Below are positions 13,878 through 26,629 of a DNA stretch of 64,000 nucleotides, piece by piece. A program made the translations under genes and the position numbers. The first letter of the stretch is position 1; each line of letters starts with the position of its first letter. Origin of the DNA: Paecilomyces variotii (taxonomy: Eukaryota); assembly GCA_004022145.1 (NCBI GenBank), contig RCNU01000002.1. One strand, given 5' to 3'. The notes under the pieces were generated by a model. The model worked only from the letters and a program-made list of their open reading frames with translations. It had not been told where the DNA came from and searched no databases.

Positions 13878-16800
13878 CTAGAAGGCGCGGAACCCGGTCG
13901 CCTGCGGCGTGATACCGTTGGCAAATGGCACCGGGCTGGGCGCCGCTGCCGGCCCCTGAGTCAGCATCAGACGACTACCACCCAGGATTGGCGTGTTGTC
14001 CTCTTCCTTCTTCTGCGTCACTTCCCTCGCCTTGCGCTCCTCATTGTCCTTCTTGAGCAGCTCAATGGCGCGGGTCTGCTCGCTGAGGAAGTTGATCATG
14101 TAGGGCATCGTGAAGTCATGCAGGCCGTGGCGCCACGAGATTTCCATGATGACGTCGGGACGGATGAGGTCGTAGCAAGCGTAAAGCATTCCAACGTAGC
14201 ATTCGCGGCTTCCAATGTCGACGAACTATACAAACCAGTTAGCAACGTCAGACATCACAGAGAACAAGGAAAAAGAAGGGAGTCTTACGTATCGCAGAAG
14301 GTCTTCCACAACCTCCGACTTGCCGGACATGGCGGCGGTTTCAATAGCATCCTTGAACAGCCTGTCTTGCTTGGACAAGGCGATCGACTTCTCCCAGCGC
14401 TTGTTCTTGCGGTAGATGTTGGCCGCAATCTGGCGGAAGAACACCAGGTCGTGCTTCTCAAGGCGCTGGGCGAGATCGACGGGGTCGTAGTTATCGTAAT
14501 TCTCGACAGAGTCGCGCAGCGTCTTGTAGTCTTCCTCTTCGATCAACAGATCGTTGATCGCATCGTTGACGGCCCGCTTGTTCTGGCTCTGCACGCTAAG
14601 CAGGAAGGGCTTGATCAACGGGATGTTATCCGAAGCCTGGAAGATTCGGACAACACGGTTAACATCAATGCGGGGAGTCAGGACCTGCAGGAGATCCGTG
14701 AGCAGAAGAGGCTGCTCCTGAAGGTAGAAGTTGAGCGCTCGGTAGTAGATCTCAAGGTTAGCAACCTTGACGATAATGTCCTTGAAAGAGTGGTGCTCCC
14801 AGGCGTCAACCGCCCGCTCCATCATCGCCAGAGCGGCGTTATCCCACTCATCGTAGTGGCAGTACAGGAAGACGAGTTCTGGCCACAGATTGGCTTCCTC
14901 GCAGGCCTTGATCATCTTGGGGATGTTGATACGAGACCAGAAGATCTTGAGGTGCTCCATGACCCGCTCGGGGTGGTACTTCGACAGAGCAATACCAAGT
15001 TCGGTGAACATACCCATGTGCGCTCTCTCGAGACCAAGACCAGCTTCCAGGACGGAGATGAGTTCGTCAAAGTAGCCATTGCGCTCGTACTGGCGGACCA
15101 GATCCTGAAGCTCCTCTGCGTGCACGATAAGGTTCAGACCGCAAATCTGTGCCAGGCGGAATTCCTTCTTCTCGATACAGGCAGAGTTGACTTCCTTCCA
15201 GACCTTGACGCTGTTGGCCTTACGAGCGGATTCGACGGCTGCCTGGTAGTCACCGAGGTGCACGAGAGTGGTGGCGAGCTTGGCCCAGTTCGAGATGCTG
15301 CTGTAGAAGATCTTGGCAGCCTCGTGGTAACCTTCCGCGTATGCCTTGTCACCAGAGGCTTCGACATCAGCGACATTGGTAGAACGAAGGAAGTCCTCAA
15401 GCTCCGCCAGTTGGTCCAGACGGGCGTAGCAGAAGGCGAGAGCAGTGTCAATAGCAGGCTCACGCAGAGTCTTCCGAGCCATCTTGAGGAACTTGACGAG
15501 TTCTTCATCCTTGCCAGCATGGGTAGCCGTCTCGATGACCTCGTTGTAGTTGGAGGGATCGCCCGCACGGATATACGACTCGATAGCATCAGACACACGG
15601 AGACCATCAAGCTGCGCCTTTGCAACCTTGCTCCAAACCTCTGGCAGCTCGACACGTTCGGCGTATTCCTGAGCGCGGTCGATGCTGACAATGTTCTCGA
15701 CGAGGACATTGGTGGCAGCGAGGTGGTTGTCGACCTTCTTGTAGATCTCAAACGCCTCCTCATAAAGACCGACTGAAATGCACATTTGCGCAATCTCATC
15801 TGCGCTGAATTCATTGAGCTGGTGGATGTAGTCCATCAGACGTCCCTTGTCCGCCTTGGCAGCGGTCAGCATGAGCAGGTTCTGCAAACTGCTGTTGTCA
15901 CTGAAAGGAGAAGGCTCCAAGATGATCTTCTCGAGCAGTTCGATCAGCTCCGCGGGAAGATCAGCGTCCAGGAAAGACTTGACGGCGACGGACACCTTGT
16001 CAGGCTCGGTCGACTCGGGAACAGCAGTGGCAATGACCTGATCCACGACTGATCGTCGGTGGATGTTGTTGTCGTTCAGAACGAAGGCCCAGATCTCAGG
16101 ATCGGCGCGCTCCAGCAGGTAGCGAGCCTGGGCTCTGTACATGGAGTTCTCGTTGGTGATGTTGATAAGCTCCAGGTCATTCTGACCTTTCCTGTAGGCA
16201 ATGTATGCGAGATTGGGGTCACGCTTCTCACAGTACTTTCCGACGGTCAACGTGTCGTACATGTCGTTCTCCTTCAAGAACCTCTCGGGGTTGTTGTTGC
16301 TATCAATGTAGATCTTGGCGAGAGCATTGTAGACGGCCTGCTGCTGGTTACCTGTGGCCAGGGTAGCCTCAAGGAAGGGCAAAAGAAGCTTGAGCCTGTT
16401 GCGGCTTTCGACCTCGTTGACAAGATCGTCGATGGGAATCGAAGCAGGATCGACAGTTGAGAGAAGGTTCTTGATGATGCTCTCATCGCAGTCAACATCC
16501 AGGAGACCTCCAACGACAGCGGGAGTGCGAGACGGGTTGACACGCTGCACATAAACTTCGATCGACTTGAACTGCTGGTTCTGGTACAGATACAACACCA
16601 AGTCATGAATGAAGTTGAAACGGTCGCAGACGATGATCAACGGCAGCTGCTCAGTGAGCTTGGCCTCCTTCAGGAAGTTCTTGACCTTCTCGGGGTTGTA
16701 GTAGTTGCTCTCACGGCAGATACGCTCCACCTCGGTGATCTGTCCCATAGCCGTAGCGGCTTCAATGTACTTGAAGTGGACCTCGGGGTCCTCGCTAAGA

Positions 16801-19283
16801 TTGACAATGCTGCCGAGGTAGTAGTACAGACCCTCAGCAGTGCGGTACTTCTCGAACAGATCGATGAGACGGTTCGGGCCCAGAAGGTCAGAGAACTTCG
16901 TTGCGATCTGAACGACAGCCTGCAGGTTGAGGCGGATGTTTGCTTGGAGCATCTCGTTCAAGCAGTCAAGCGACTGCTCGACCGAAAGGCGACCGAAGTA
17001 GTTCATCAGCCACTCCGGGTTGAGCTTGTCGGTATGAACAATGATGCGCTTAATGACAGCGGGGTCATCAGTGTTCTCCAGGGCACGCTGGTAGAGCCCG
17101 GCGGCCTCGCAGAGTTGCGCAATTCTGGCCTTGTCGTAGTACGTGAAGATCTCATTTCCGAGAATGGCATCAGCGACCTGCGGAGCGTTGACAAGGTTCA
17201 TCTCGAGCAGACGAGTCTGCAAGTGACCGTGCTCAGGCTTGTTATCCTTTAGGGCATCTAGGAGGAAGGAGGTAGCTTGCTGGATCATGTTTTGAGAAAG
17301 GAAGACGTCCACGACACGGTCCAGGTCGACGAGAGCGCCTGTCTCTTCATTTGCTAGCTGAGCAGCAAATTCCGCGCCCTTCTCGGGGTTGACACGCACA
17401 ATGTGCTGCAGAAGCTGGGTGTAATCGGGCTGGTATCCAACCTGCTTCGAATACGCAAGGATCTTGTCAAACTGGCCGGTCTCGGCGAATCCGGCGACAA
17501 CCTTGTGAGGGACATTGGCCTGGAGGTAGATCTGGAGGGCGAGGTTCATGTCATGAGGGCGAACAATATCTCCAAGCTCTTCAGAGGCCTCCAGCTTGTT
17601 CTCGCGCATCCACTTCTCCAGTAGATGCTTGCGGTTCTGCAACAGCACGGGGCGTACAAGCTCCAAACTTTCATACTTGTTCAATGAACCCTTGTCCAGG
17701 AGCATTCCGAAATATTGTAGGATAACCGACATCTGACCGGTTTGCGGAGCGTTCTTGAAGCGGTTGATGGTCTCCGGAGTTCTGAGAAACCCACGCGGAG
17801 AGTTTGCTGCGATCTTAGCCGCTTCAGAGTAGTTACCCTGGGCAAGAAGGTTGTCGAACTGCTGCTGGTAGAGATGATCAGCTCCCGGGAGGCCAGCCTT
17901 CGACGCAAGCTTGACGGCGAGCCCGGACATGGCAGGGTTCTCCATGAGGTACGGGATGATCGTGTTCTCGTCGACGCTGACAGACAGCACCTGACCCTTA
18001 CGGTTGACACCGACAAGACCAGCAGAGTCGGAGTCTGGGGCGGTTGTGAAGATGGTCTCACTGGATATGCGGTTCATGAAAATACATGTGCCGGTCTCGA
18101 GGTCGTAGAGATGAATGAAACCGTACTTGGTGACGAGGTATACGATATCGTACTTCCTCGACACCTGCATAGCAACAGGGAAGTCGTTGACCGCCTCCGT
18201 AGGGAAGAAGACCTCCACAGCCTTCTTCTGGAACCTGGGGTTTGGCTCTTGGTGATCAATCTCGGCGATCTGCAGCTTCGCACCGGTGGGAGTGCGGACG
18301 GCAAAGGTAAAGAGCTTGTGAGGAAGAGGAGACCCTTCGACGTTAATCGTTGCGAACGCGGCAGCATGACCTTCGATGAATTGGGATATCCCGCGCTCCC
18401 GAGAGAACAGCTGCATCGAGCCGACAACACGTCCCTGCTGCTGGCTAATTCCAACGACAACCATCCATTTCTCGTCGTCATTGACGCGGTAGTTAATGAT
18501 TTGGCATCCCTGTCCAGCATTAGCATTAGCACAAGGGTTTATCACAGCCTTAGATGAAGCGTACATTCAGATTTGGAAGTCGCTCGAAGATCTTTACGGG
18601 GTTGCCCTGCGTAGGGTCGAAGACATCCCAATGGTAGACGGAGTTATCCGTGACGAGACCAATGCTCGATTCACTGATCCACTTCCAGTATACGATATCC
18701 TCGTTCATTGCAGCAGACTTCAACTTCTGCTTTGCCGTCAGATCGAAGGTCTGAATTGTTCGTGCCTGCCTCAGGGCGATGATGTTTCTGTTCCAGTGCA
18801 TGATGGCACTGTCTGCATTGATGGGGCGGCGAATGATCTCATTGTTGTTCTTGAGATTAATGATGATGACTTGTGGCTTGTCCGCTTCATTGAGCTTTTG
18901 TCGGACGCAAACGAAGTGATCCGACTCTAGAGTCTATTTTTTTTAGGCAGGCGGATTAGCCAGGGCTCAAAGAACAGACCCAGATCTGAGCATTACTCAC
19001 ACAAGAATTGAAACCAATCGATGCCGGCTAGTTCAGAGCAGCAGCGTCAGCAAGTTATCCGCAGAATATCCCTCTCCGCAACGCGCAATCGATGTCGTCG
19101 CACAAGTTGGCAGCGGCTGGGGAGCTAGGCACAATATGGATTGGAACGTACCGCAATATCAGCGCTCGTCAACTAAATATCAGAAACAACAAGTTAGTAT
19201 CTTGCGGCATAACAAGCGATTGCATCGCAGCAGGTAAGACGTACCTGGAGCAGCTCCGTGAACTTGATGGGAAGAGGAGCCAT
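13878..19283 (-). CDS. CHC1: Clathrin heavy chain (multi-exon, including two N-terminal micro-exons)
   Basis: N-terminus MAPLPIKFTELLQ|LTSADIA|PASIGFNSC|TLESDHFVC, followed by the beta-propeller, CHCR repeats (e.g. AANSPRGFLRT, LGLERAHMGMFTEL) and C-terminal LYACYDLIRPDV...DFTMPY. Confidence 0.98.
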
Positions 19284-19518
19284 ATTTACGAAGGCCGCAA
19301 CACGACCTCATCCACCCAACGAAACGCCGTACGAATCAACTTTGCCCTGACCGGAGGAGAAGAAGAAAAATGCAAGAAAGCAATGCAAACCGGAAGGAGG
19401 GAAGGAGAAGGAAAAAAGTGAGGGGGAATGGTAGCGGTTTGGTTTGCGAATTGAGACGCGGAAGTGAAGCTCAGGAGGCCCTCTGGTTGTCGTTGCTTAG
19501 GTGTCGCTAACAGATCCC

Positions 19519-19570
19519 GTCACGTGCATTGAGGCTGTTGACGGCCATCCCCACAAGTGGAGATCACGTG
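19519..19570. promoter_or_regulatory. Two RTCACGTG E-boxes (Cbf1-type bHLH sites) upstream of CHC1
   Basis: GTCACGTG at 19519-19526 and ATCACGTG at 19563-19570, about 240-290 bp upstream of the CHC1 ATG. Function is inferred from the motif only. Confidence 0.4.
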
Positions 19571-20281
19571 CGTAATGCCGTCGCCCGAAATAGCTGGATG
19601 AAACGCCCGCGTGGATCTCCAAGCAGTTAATCTCCCCAAGTTATGGCTAGAGAGATACACTAGCTAGTCCTGTGGGCCACTCGAATACCTCCGACTGAAG
19701 CCCTTAGTTAGGCAAAGAAGCTTGACATCAATAATGGCTCCTATTGTTATTCCCTGAAGATCTCACTGTCCTTCAATTGAGGCTCGCAGAGCTCTTCAGA
19801 AGCGATTCTCCGCGCATTCTTTCTGCGCCACAAGCGGTTGACTATCCACATAATTGCCGCTAACTACCTAGTCTATTGGAGATGAATGCTAAGATTACCT
19901 ATCTAGATACCCCTTCGATTCTTTCTTCACCAAGAATTATCGTCACTGCCGCCATGCATGTTGGCGGAGACCCCCCCATGGTCTCTAGATGAATGATCGA
20001 GTCAATGAAAGAATATTTTCCGTCCTCCATGTGAATAGTGATAACCATGCGGTCTCCAGACGTCTCTTGGCGCTTCGACTCCCCATTACGGAATTCCAAG
20101 TTTCCATTACCATATTCTTGGACACAAACAGAACTATTCCACTGAAGATATGTTCTTACTTATCATGCTACACACTGATAACAGTAACAAGGCTTGAGAT
20201 ACACCTATGCACCATTGCTATCGAGCTATTCAAAATCGCCATTCAATATTTACATGAAGAAGAGGGGTTAATGACCAGACT

Positions 20282-21754
20282 TCACTGTAACGGCGTCAGG
20301 AAAAGACCGTCCCTTTCAAGACTCGACGAAAAAGCATCATAGACCTGTCGTCTCCATCCTGGCGGAGTCAACTCTACGACCTGATGTTTCTCGATGACGC
20401 CATCACTTTCAATTGCGGACAAGAGTCGTGTCCCTGTTTTCTCTTCATTATGCCACAGACAGCACGTGCTGTGCGGAGTCCGTGATCGATATGCAGCAAC
20501 AGACATTGTAGGAAGGGGTTTCTCAACCCGTCCTTCGAAGGCTGGATCATCTTGCCCGATAAGTAGGGCTGACGGGACTTTTGCCCCCGCGAGGGTCTCC
20601 TTCCACGTCTCCCCTTCTGCAAGAGACTCAATGACCCATTTCTTAGCCAGGACCTCTGTGTTATCCGGTGTTCGTATTAGATATAGCAACGAGCCATCAT
20701 CATGGCCTTTCACCGGATGGTACGGGATCGTCCACGTTTTATTCCTGATGATATCCCGTCGATTGTATGCAGAGTACATCGATCGACATCGAGAATCTTC
20801 CCGTTGAAGATCAAGCAACCACAGCCGCTTTATATGGGGGAAACTGGACGAATGGTCCAATTGACCCAGATACTCGGCGATCAACGTTCTCGCTTCAGGA
20901 CGGTTGATGTAGTAATCCGTCCAACCGTATCTTTTGCCCATGAATGTCGTGCATACGTAGCTGTCCGAACAGCAGTTTATCATTGCTGTCTCCAAAAAGG
21001 GGTATTGTGATGGCGGTTCAGATTGCACCAAACTCTTCTTCTTCCCTTCTTCCTCTGCTGACCCACTATCGGAATCAGAACTGGAATCAGAATCTGAACC
21101 CGACCCCGACTCTGGCATATCCGCCCCGAATAACGCAGGACACATTCTACGAAGTCGTAATCGAAGATGATGTAACCGTGGAATAACCCCAGCAAGGATT
21201 TCACAAAGATGCGACGACCCCGGACCATCCTGATCGCACCCTCCCGTATCTATTTCTAAATAGACACACGTTTCAGGAAGTGCTTTGATCACGACACCAA
21301 GAAGCGGTCTCGACAGCCAAAAGCCACGTGCATCTCCATGTCCTACAACGAACGAGAAAGTCGACAATTGAGACATCGTTCGAATAACACCCGGGAGACA
21401 TTGCATATGGCTCCAGACCGCTCCGACATTGCCCAGTCCATTCTGATTATGGAAGACCACTTCCTCATAGTTCTCCGCCTGTTCCAAATCCTTGGAGAAA
21501 TCAGAAGGATCAATCGTTATCGTGAGTGACTTGACCAAATGGCCCTTTTCACGAGGAAACTTCTCCAGGAAGAGCCCCAAACCCGAAACACCAAGGACGA
21601 TATCCCGATAATGTTCGCGGAGAGCGACTTCGTGCCAAGTTCTGCAGCATACGAGACAGGATACGAACGATGCGGGAGATGAACTCTGCCTGACGTGCTG
21701 TAGGATATAAGAGAGTACTTCCTCTGGTAGGGCATTGATGGTGAGAGCTTGCAT
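20282..21754 (-). CDS. F-box domain protein with LRR-like region (intronless, ~490 aa)
   Basis: N-terminal F-box signature INALPEEVLSYILQHV...SCLVCCRTWHEVA; LRR-like segments (LVKSLTI, LSTFSF, LHHLRLRL); a Ser/Asp low-complexity insert. The ATG at 21754 is preferred over the upstream TTG. Confidence 0.8.
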   Translation of the reverse strand: MQALTINALPEEVLSYILQHVRQSSSPASFVSCLVCCRTWHEVALREHYRDIVLGVSGLGLFLEKFPREKGHLVKSLTITIDPSDFSKDLEQAENYEEVVFHNQNGLGNVGAVWSHMQCLPGVIRTMSQLSTFSFVVGHGDARGFWLSRPLLGVVIKALPETCVYLEIDTGGCDQDGPGSSHLCEILAGVIPRLHHLRLRLRRMCPALFGADMPESGSGSDSDSSSDSDSGSAEEEGKKKSLVQSEPPSQYPFLETAMINCCSDSYVCTTFMGKRYGWTDYYINRPEARTLIAEYLGQLDHSSSFPHIKRLWLLDLQREDSRCRSMYSAYNRRDIIRNKTWTIPYHPVKGHDDGSLLYLIRTPDNTEVLAKKWVIESLAEGETWKETLAGAKVPSALLIGQDDPAFEGRVEKPLPTMSVAAYRSRTPHSTCCLWHNEEKTGTRLLSAIESDGVIEKHQVVELTPPGWRRQVYDAFSSSLERDGLFLTPLQ

Positions 21755-22666
21755 TATCGTTGTTGATTTCTCGTACTCTAGAAAGGTCTTGTGGAGTATC
21801 AACTATCTGTCTAGTTAACTTAGTCGTTTGACAGATACGATGCGACAATCAGATGGCCATGGCCATGGCCATGGCTGCGCTAAGAAGTCCGAGGTCCGAG
21901 ATCGCTTGAGCTCGTGAATGGTCGTTTTATCCTTGCAGAATGCGCTTGAGCTTCACGAGAATGCAAATGCAACAGGAAGTGACAATTTGTTATAAATAGG
22001 AAAGATACTAATTTAAAACAGAAAGCAGATCAATAATCCTTGAGCGATATATCTAATGTATATCGAAATAGATCCAATATCTTATCGGGGTCGAGTAGGT
22101 CGAAATTAAGTAGGGCCCCACTACCTACCTAACTAGCGGATCGGTTCTAGTGACATCACCAAAGGAAAGGAGAGGGTAGAAGTTCATGTATGGTATGGTA
22201 TCAAGAAAGAATAGAAGGCTACAATAGCTAAAGTAGATGATATTATCTAAAAGACAAAAAGCTATCACAATTTTATTACCAGTGAGCTATCGGATATGCT
22301 GCACTTAAAAGCTACATAAAGCATGGGGGTATTCCCAATTTCCCACTTATCCTACTCCATCATGGGCCTGGGGGAAAAAAAAAAGAAAAAAAAGCAACTA
22401 ACCCACTACCAGAAAGTCTCCCTCAACATTATCATCCCCAGCAATAAACTCCAGGGCATCAGCCAGTCGAGCAAAAATCCAAGCGTTTTCCTGAAATACG
22501 CCGGAGTAAAGGTATGTATCATCCACCATGAGCATAGGGCAGATAGCAGGCAAAGACTCTCTCCCAAAAGGCTTGGAGAGCGATTTCGTCCATTTCAAAC
22601 ATATCCGGATTATCCGCTTCTTGGACAGAGAGGCATTTTGTCGCCTTTTCCCATCTCATGGCCCAG

Positions 22667-23381
22667 TCAAGGTTCGAAACAGTGCGCTCGGCAGGCCTGG
22701 TATACATGTTAATGATAATAGCCTGGCGATATTCAAGGCGCCGTGAAAACTACTTACCAAGAAGTCAACTGTACGTGAAGATCCCACCCAGGGCCACTAC
22801 ATCATTAAATTAGCCTTGATTTGGTTCGCAGAGATATACCTGGAGCACGTACTGTGTATTCCAAACGCGAGGTTTAGCGACTTTTCCGCGTACCGTCTCA
22901 TCATTTCCCTTTCCCGCACCGACCGTGGATTGCAGATTACCCTTTGTGTCAGGGAGGCCTTCAGCATTGAGTGCATGATTTTGGTTTGAATCTCCGCCAG
23001 AGACAGTCACAGGACCACAGAGTCTGCTTGGACTCGACGATCAGTATCATATCATAGAATCATAACGACAGAAAAGCTGACACATCTCATAGTCTCAAAA
23101 GTAAAGATGCATAGCGAATAGGCCGATGATAGGCAATTGCCCAATCAGCCGTAGATAAGAACATACCTTTCTCTTCGTAAGGCTTCCTTGTGCTGGTATT
23201 CAAACTTTGACATGAACTTCCCGTCTATTTTAATGCAAGACAGCTCTCCACAATCTTCCATCAAGGATTTCATGGAGTATACGAATGTGCCCAAGATAGT
23301 CAGCACTGCAATGAGGGCTACAAATAACCCCAATCCAATTCGGACAGGCTCGGGTACCCGCATCTTGCTTCTGTCCGACAT
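22667..23381 (-). CDS. Predicted 4-exon single-pass membrane protein (~155 aa), function unknown
   Basis: Exons 23381-23167, 23023-22840, 22796-22758 and 22696-22667 have GT-AG introns with branch sites and consistent phases. Hydrophobic helix IGLGLFVALIAVLTILGTFVY. Confidence 0.55.
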
Positions 23382-23965
23382 CTCGAGAGCTGAATAGGAA
23401 ATCGATTTCGAAGTATGATCGGACTCCCTCCCAAGACGAACTCGCATTTTGTGTCTTTCTGTTTTTTTGTTCTTTTCGTGAATCACCTTCGTCAAGAAAT
23501 ACTCTCTCTCTCCAGCAAAAAAAGCGCGCGTAATAGTTAGAAACGAACTAGACCAAACAGGCCCGATCAGTAATCCGACTAAGTAACCAGGCGCCCTCCT
23601 TCTCCTCCACCTTTTTTTTCTTTTCTTTCCCTATACTAGTCCACGAAGGACAAAGGAACCGTAGAACCCCAACCGCCTTGCTGGGAGAAACTTTGATATA
23701 CCTTATCCGTCATGAGCCGAAGAACCAAAACTTAAACAACTAAACAACCATGGAAAAAAGGAAAGATGACGTCAAAACACATAATTCACTGACCTCAGTA
23801 GTTTAGACACCTAGGTAGGTATTCTTCTATCTTTTTTACTTTTCCTTTTTTTTCTTTTCGAAACGAGAAACACAGACTGAATGAATGGTTCCCAAAATCG
23901 AGTGAGATCCCACCGGACGAGGAGGTGAGATAATCGTGGCTGAAAACAAGCTTTCCGGTCCAGTA

Positions 23966-24163
23966 TCAGACTTGAACTGGATCCTCCGGACGCTGAACCA
24001 CGGGCGACTGGAGCTCTACCAGGCCTGGGTCTGCGCCTTCAGAACGGACGGTCTGGTCTCGCTGAAAGAGGAGACGGAGGAAGTAGACCGTGAAGAAGCA
24101 AGCGAGTAAGAATGCCAAGACAATCTCAACGATTATGAATGTGTCAATCATGCTTTTAGACAT
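23966..24163 (-). CDS. Predicted 65-aa single-pass membrane microprotein
   Basis: MSKSMIDTFIIVEIVLAFLLACFFTVYFLRLLFQRD... has one TM helix followed by basic residues and an acidic/Pro tail. A pyrimidine-rich leader precedes the ATG. Confidence 0.5.
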   Translation of the reverse strand: MSKSMIDTFIIVEIVLAFLLACFFTVYFLRLLFQRDQTVRSEGADPGLVELQSPVVQRPEDPVQV

Positions 24164-24846
24164 GAGGTTGATAGATAGGGATAGAAAGATAAGTGGATGA
24201 GTGGTAGAGAGGGAGGCAGGGAGAAAAAATGAGGATGGGATTTTTTTTCGTGTGATGTGAAAGGAGCGACAGACAAGACCGGGGCGCAACCCTCATCGTT
24301 ATGGTGATGTGCTTAGTCGTTGTGCTTAGTCGTTGTTTCCTTAACATGTTGACGTGTTAGGCAAAGGGGATAATCACAATGAAGATGGAATTATACCTAT
24401 CGCTGTGCCCAGCTGTGAACAGACAAGGCATATCTAGATGCCGATTGCTACGTTCAGACAGACGCTATAGAGCTATACAACCATGGAACATCAAATAATG
24501 GAAGTATCTCCTCGGACCACAGCTTCTCAAAGTTACTTTCACATTAATAGAGCTAGGTAACAGTCTATTTCCTATGAATGACTCTATATAGCAGCTCTAG
24601 GATCCGACCTTAGCTTATATGTGTATAGCAAGACATGAAGCGGGCGCTACTGCCATCAATCTCTGGGTTCCAGTGCGTCTGAACCGTCAATATTCATAAT
24701 CGGAAGTCCTGGCATATTTGAGGGGCGGGGTGCGAATCGTGAAAAGGTCTCTCGAACGGAAACCATATAATCAACAATTGGAAGCCTAAGAAGAGGCGCC
24801 CAATATACTAGGGGAGAAGCGAAGCGTTCATGATGAGAGTCGAAGA

Positions 24847-26629
24847 CTAGTGGGAGCCAGTCGACTGCAACTCAACCTCCGTTGAAGCTCCATATGCTTC
24901 ACCATCCTTGGAATTTTCAGCTTGTTTTTGACCGGCGACGAATCCATACTGAACGGCCATCTGTTCGACCTCTTCAGTTGTCAGGTGAGGAAGGTCTTTC
25001 GCAGCACGGACGTGTCCCTTGCCGTCTGTCCAGCCCTTCGCGAAGACAATATCGATCTCTTCCAAGCTGCGTCCCGCAGTCTCCGGGTAGAAGAAGTAGA
25101 TTACTGGAATGAAGAGGGCGTTCATGCAAGCGAAGAACAGGTAGGTTCCCCAGCCGATGTTGGAAATCATGACGGGCGTGACCATGACTATGATAAAATT
25201 CCAGAGCCAATTGGTGCAGGTAGATAGAGCATTGGCCTTTGCACGAGTCTTAATGGGAGAGATCTCAGCCGGGTAAAGCCACGGCAGAGACAACCAGGTA
25301 GCACCGAAGAAAGCGATGAAGGTAAACAGGCCAACTGCAGCACCCTTTGCATTGCCTGTCGTATCGTTGACCAAGCAAGCGAACGTGATAACCATAGACA
25401 GGGACTGGCCTGCGGCGCCAATGAGGAACAACTTGCGGCGACCGACACGCTCGATAAGGAACCACGAAGTGGTGGCGAAGATGGAGTACACAATCATGTT
25501 AATTCCGCCCATGAGAAGAGCCATATTGTGGTTCTCGCCGATAGATTCTTCAAACAGAATCGGGAAGTAATAGATCACTGCATTGCATCCACCGACCTGC
25601 TGCATGAATTGTCCAGAGGCACCCAGAAGCATACGGCGCAAATGTTGAGTCTTTCCGCTTGTGAACACAGCTGAGAGCGGAGTTGACTTGCCACCAACAC
25701 CCGAACTATATCAGAAGAAACTGTCAGTGGATCTGAATATCTTAGACGAGAACTAAATGGTGGTACGTACGCTCTAAGAGAGTCCAGAATTGTCGCTTTC
25801 TCGACCTGCACCAACTTATCTGAAGGCTCCACGCCGCCAAGGGCAGCGATAACTCGCTCGCCTTCGTCATATTTTCCTCTCAGAAACAACCATCGGGGGC
25901 TGTCAGGGAGGAAGTACATGCCCACTGTGATGGAAATACAGAAGAAGCATTGGAACGCAATAGGGAATCTCCAGACAAGATCATCTGGTCCGTACGAGGC
26001 ACCATAGTCGATCCAATAGGCAACCATGGTGCCAATGGCAACGACGCCTCCTTCGATACAGATCAACAGGCCTCGATTGCTGGATTTGGAACACTCAGCC
26101 TGATAGGTTGGAATGGTAGAAGTGTTGATGCCATTTCCTACACCCGTTACAATTCTCCCAATGACGAACTGTGCGAGCGGCTGATTTCCTGGGTAAACTA
26201 CCACTTGAAGAATCACACCGATCATCATGGTGATAGCCCCAAGGATGATGGCTTTGCGTCGTCCCAGACTGTCTCCAGCCCAGATGATGAAAGCTGCACC
26301 AACAAGACATCCTACGATAGCTTAGAAACCAATTCAAATACTTGTTGTATGAACCCAACTTACCAATCTCGAAAATTGCAGTCACAAAACCTTGCATGGT
26401 TGAGTTACCTTTGGTCTCCTGGAGGACTGCTGCGAATGCGGGCGCCGTGATAATCCCCGACATGACACCCTCTAAGCAAGGTCAGTTGGCTTCCTTTTTT
26501 TTTTTTTTTTAGTCAACCCTATCAAAAGTACTTACGGTCATAACCGAATAACATGAATCCTGTTGTAGCTATACATGACACCATGAGGGACAAGGGCCGT
26601 CCCGAAAGGCCCATATATTTTGGAGGCAT
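24847..26629 (-). CDS. STL1: MFS sugar porter, STL1-like glycerol/sugar:H+ symporter (multi-exon)
   Basis: MPPKYMGLSGRPL...FMLFGYDQGVMSGII, GRIVTGVGNGINTSTIPTYQAEC, WRFPIAFQ, PDSPRWL, QFMQQVGGCNAVIYY, PWLYPAEISP and PETAGRSLEEID. Confidence 0.88.

Noticed and set aside
13695-15776. 693-aa ORF antisense to clathrin heavy chain (and similar shadows over ADE17, DED1 and IES1)
   Set aside because: Same codon-bias artefact; V/L/D/G-rich mirror composition.
22398-22707. Two short minus-strand ORFs (62 and 66 aa) as separate genes
   Set aside because: They overlap the last intron, last exon and 3' UTR of the 4-exon model and show no recognisable features.
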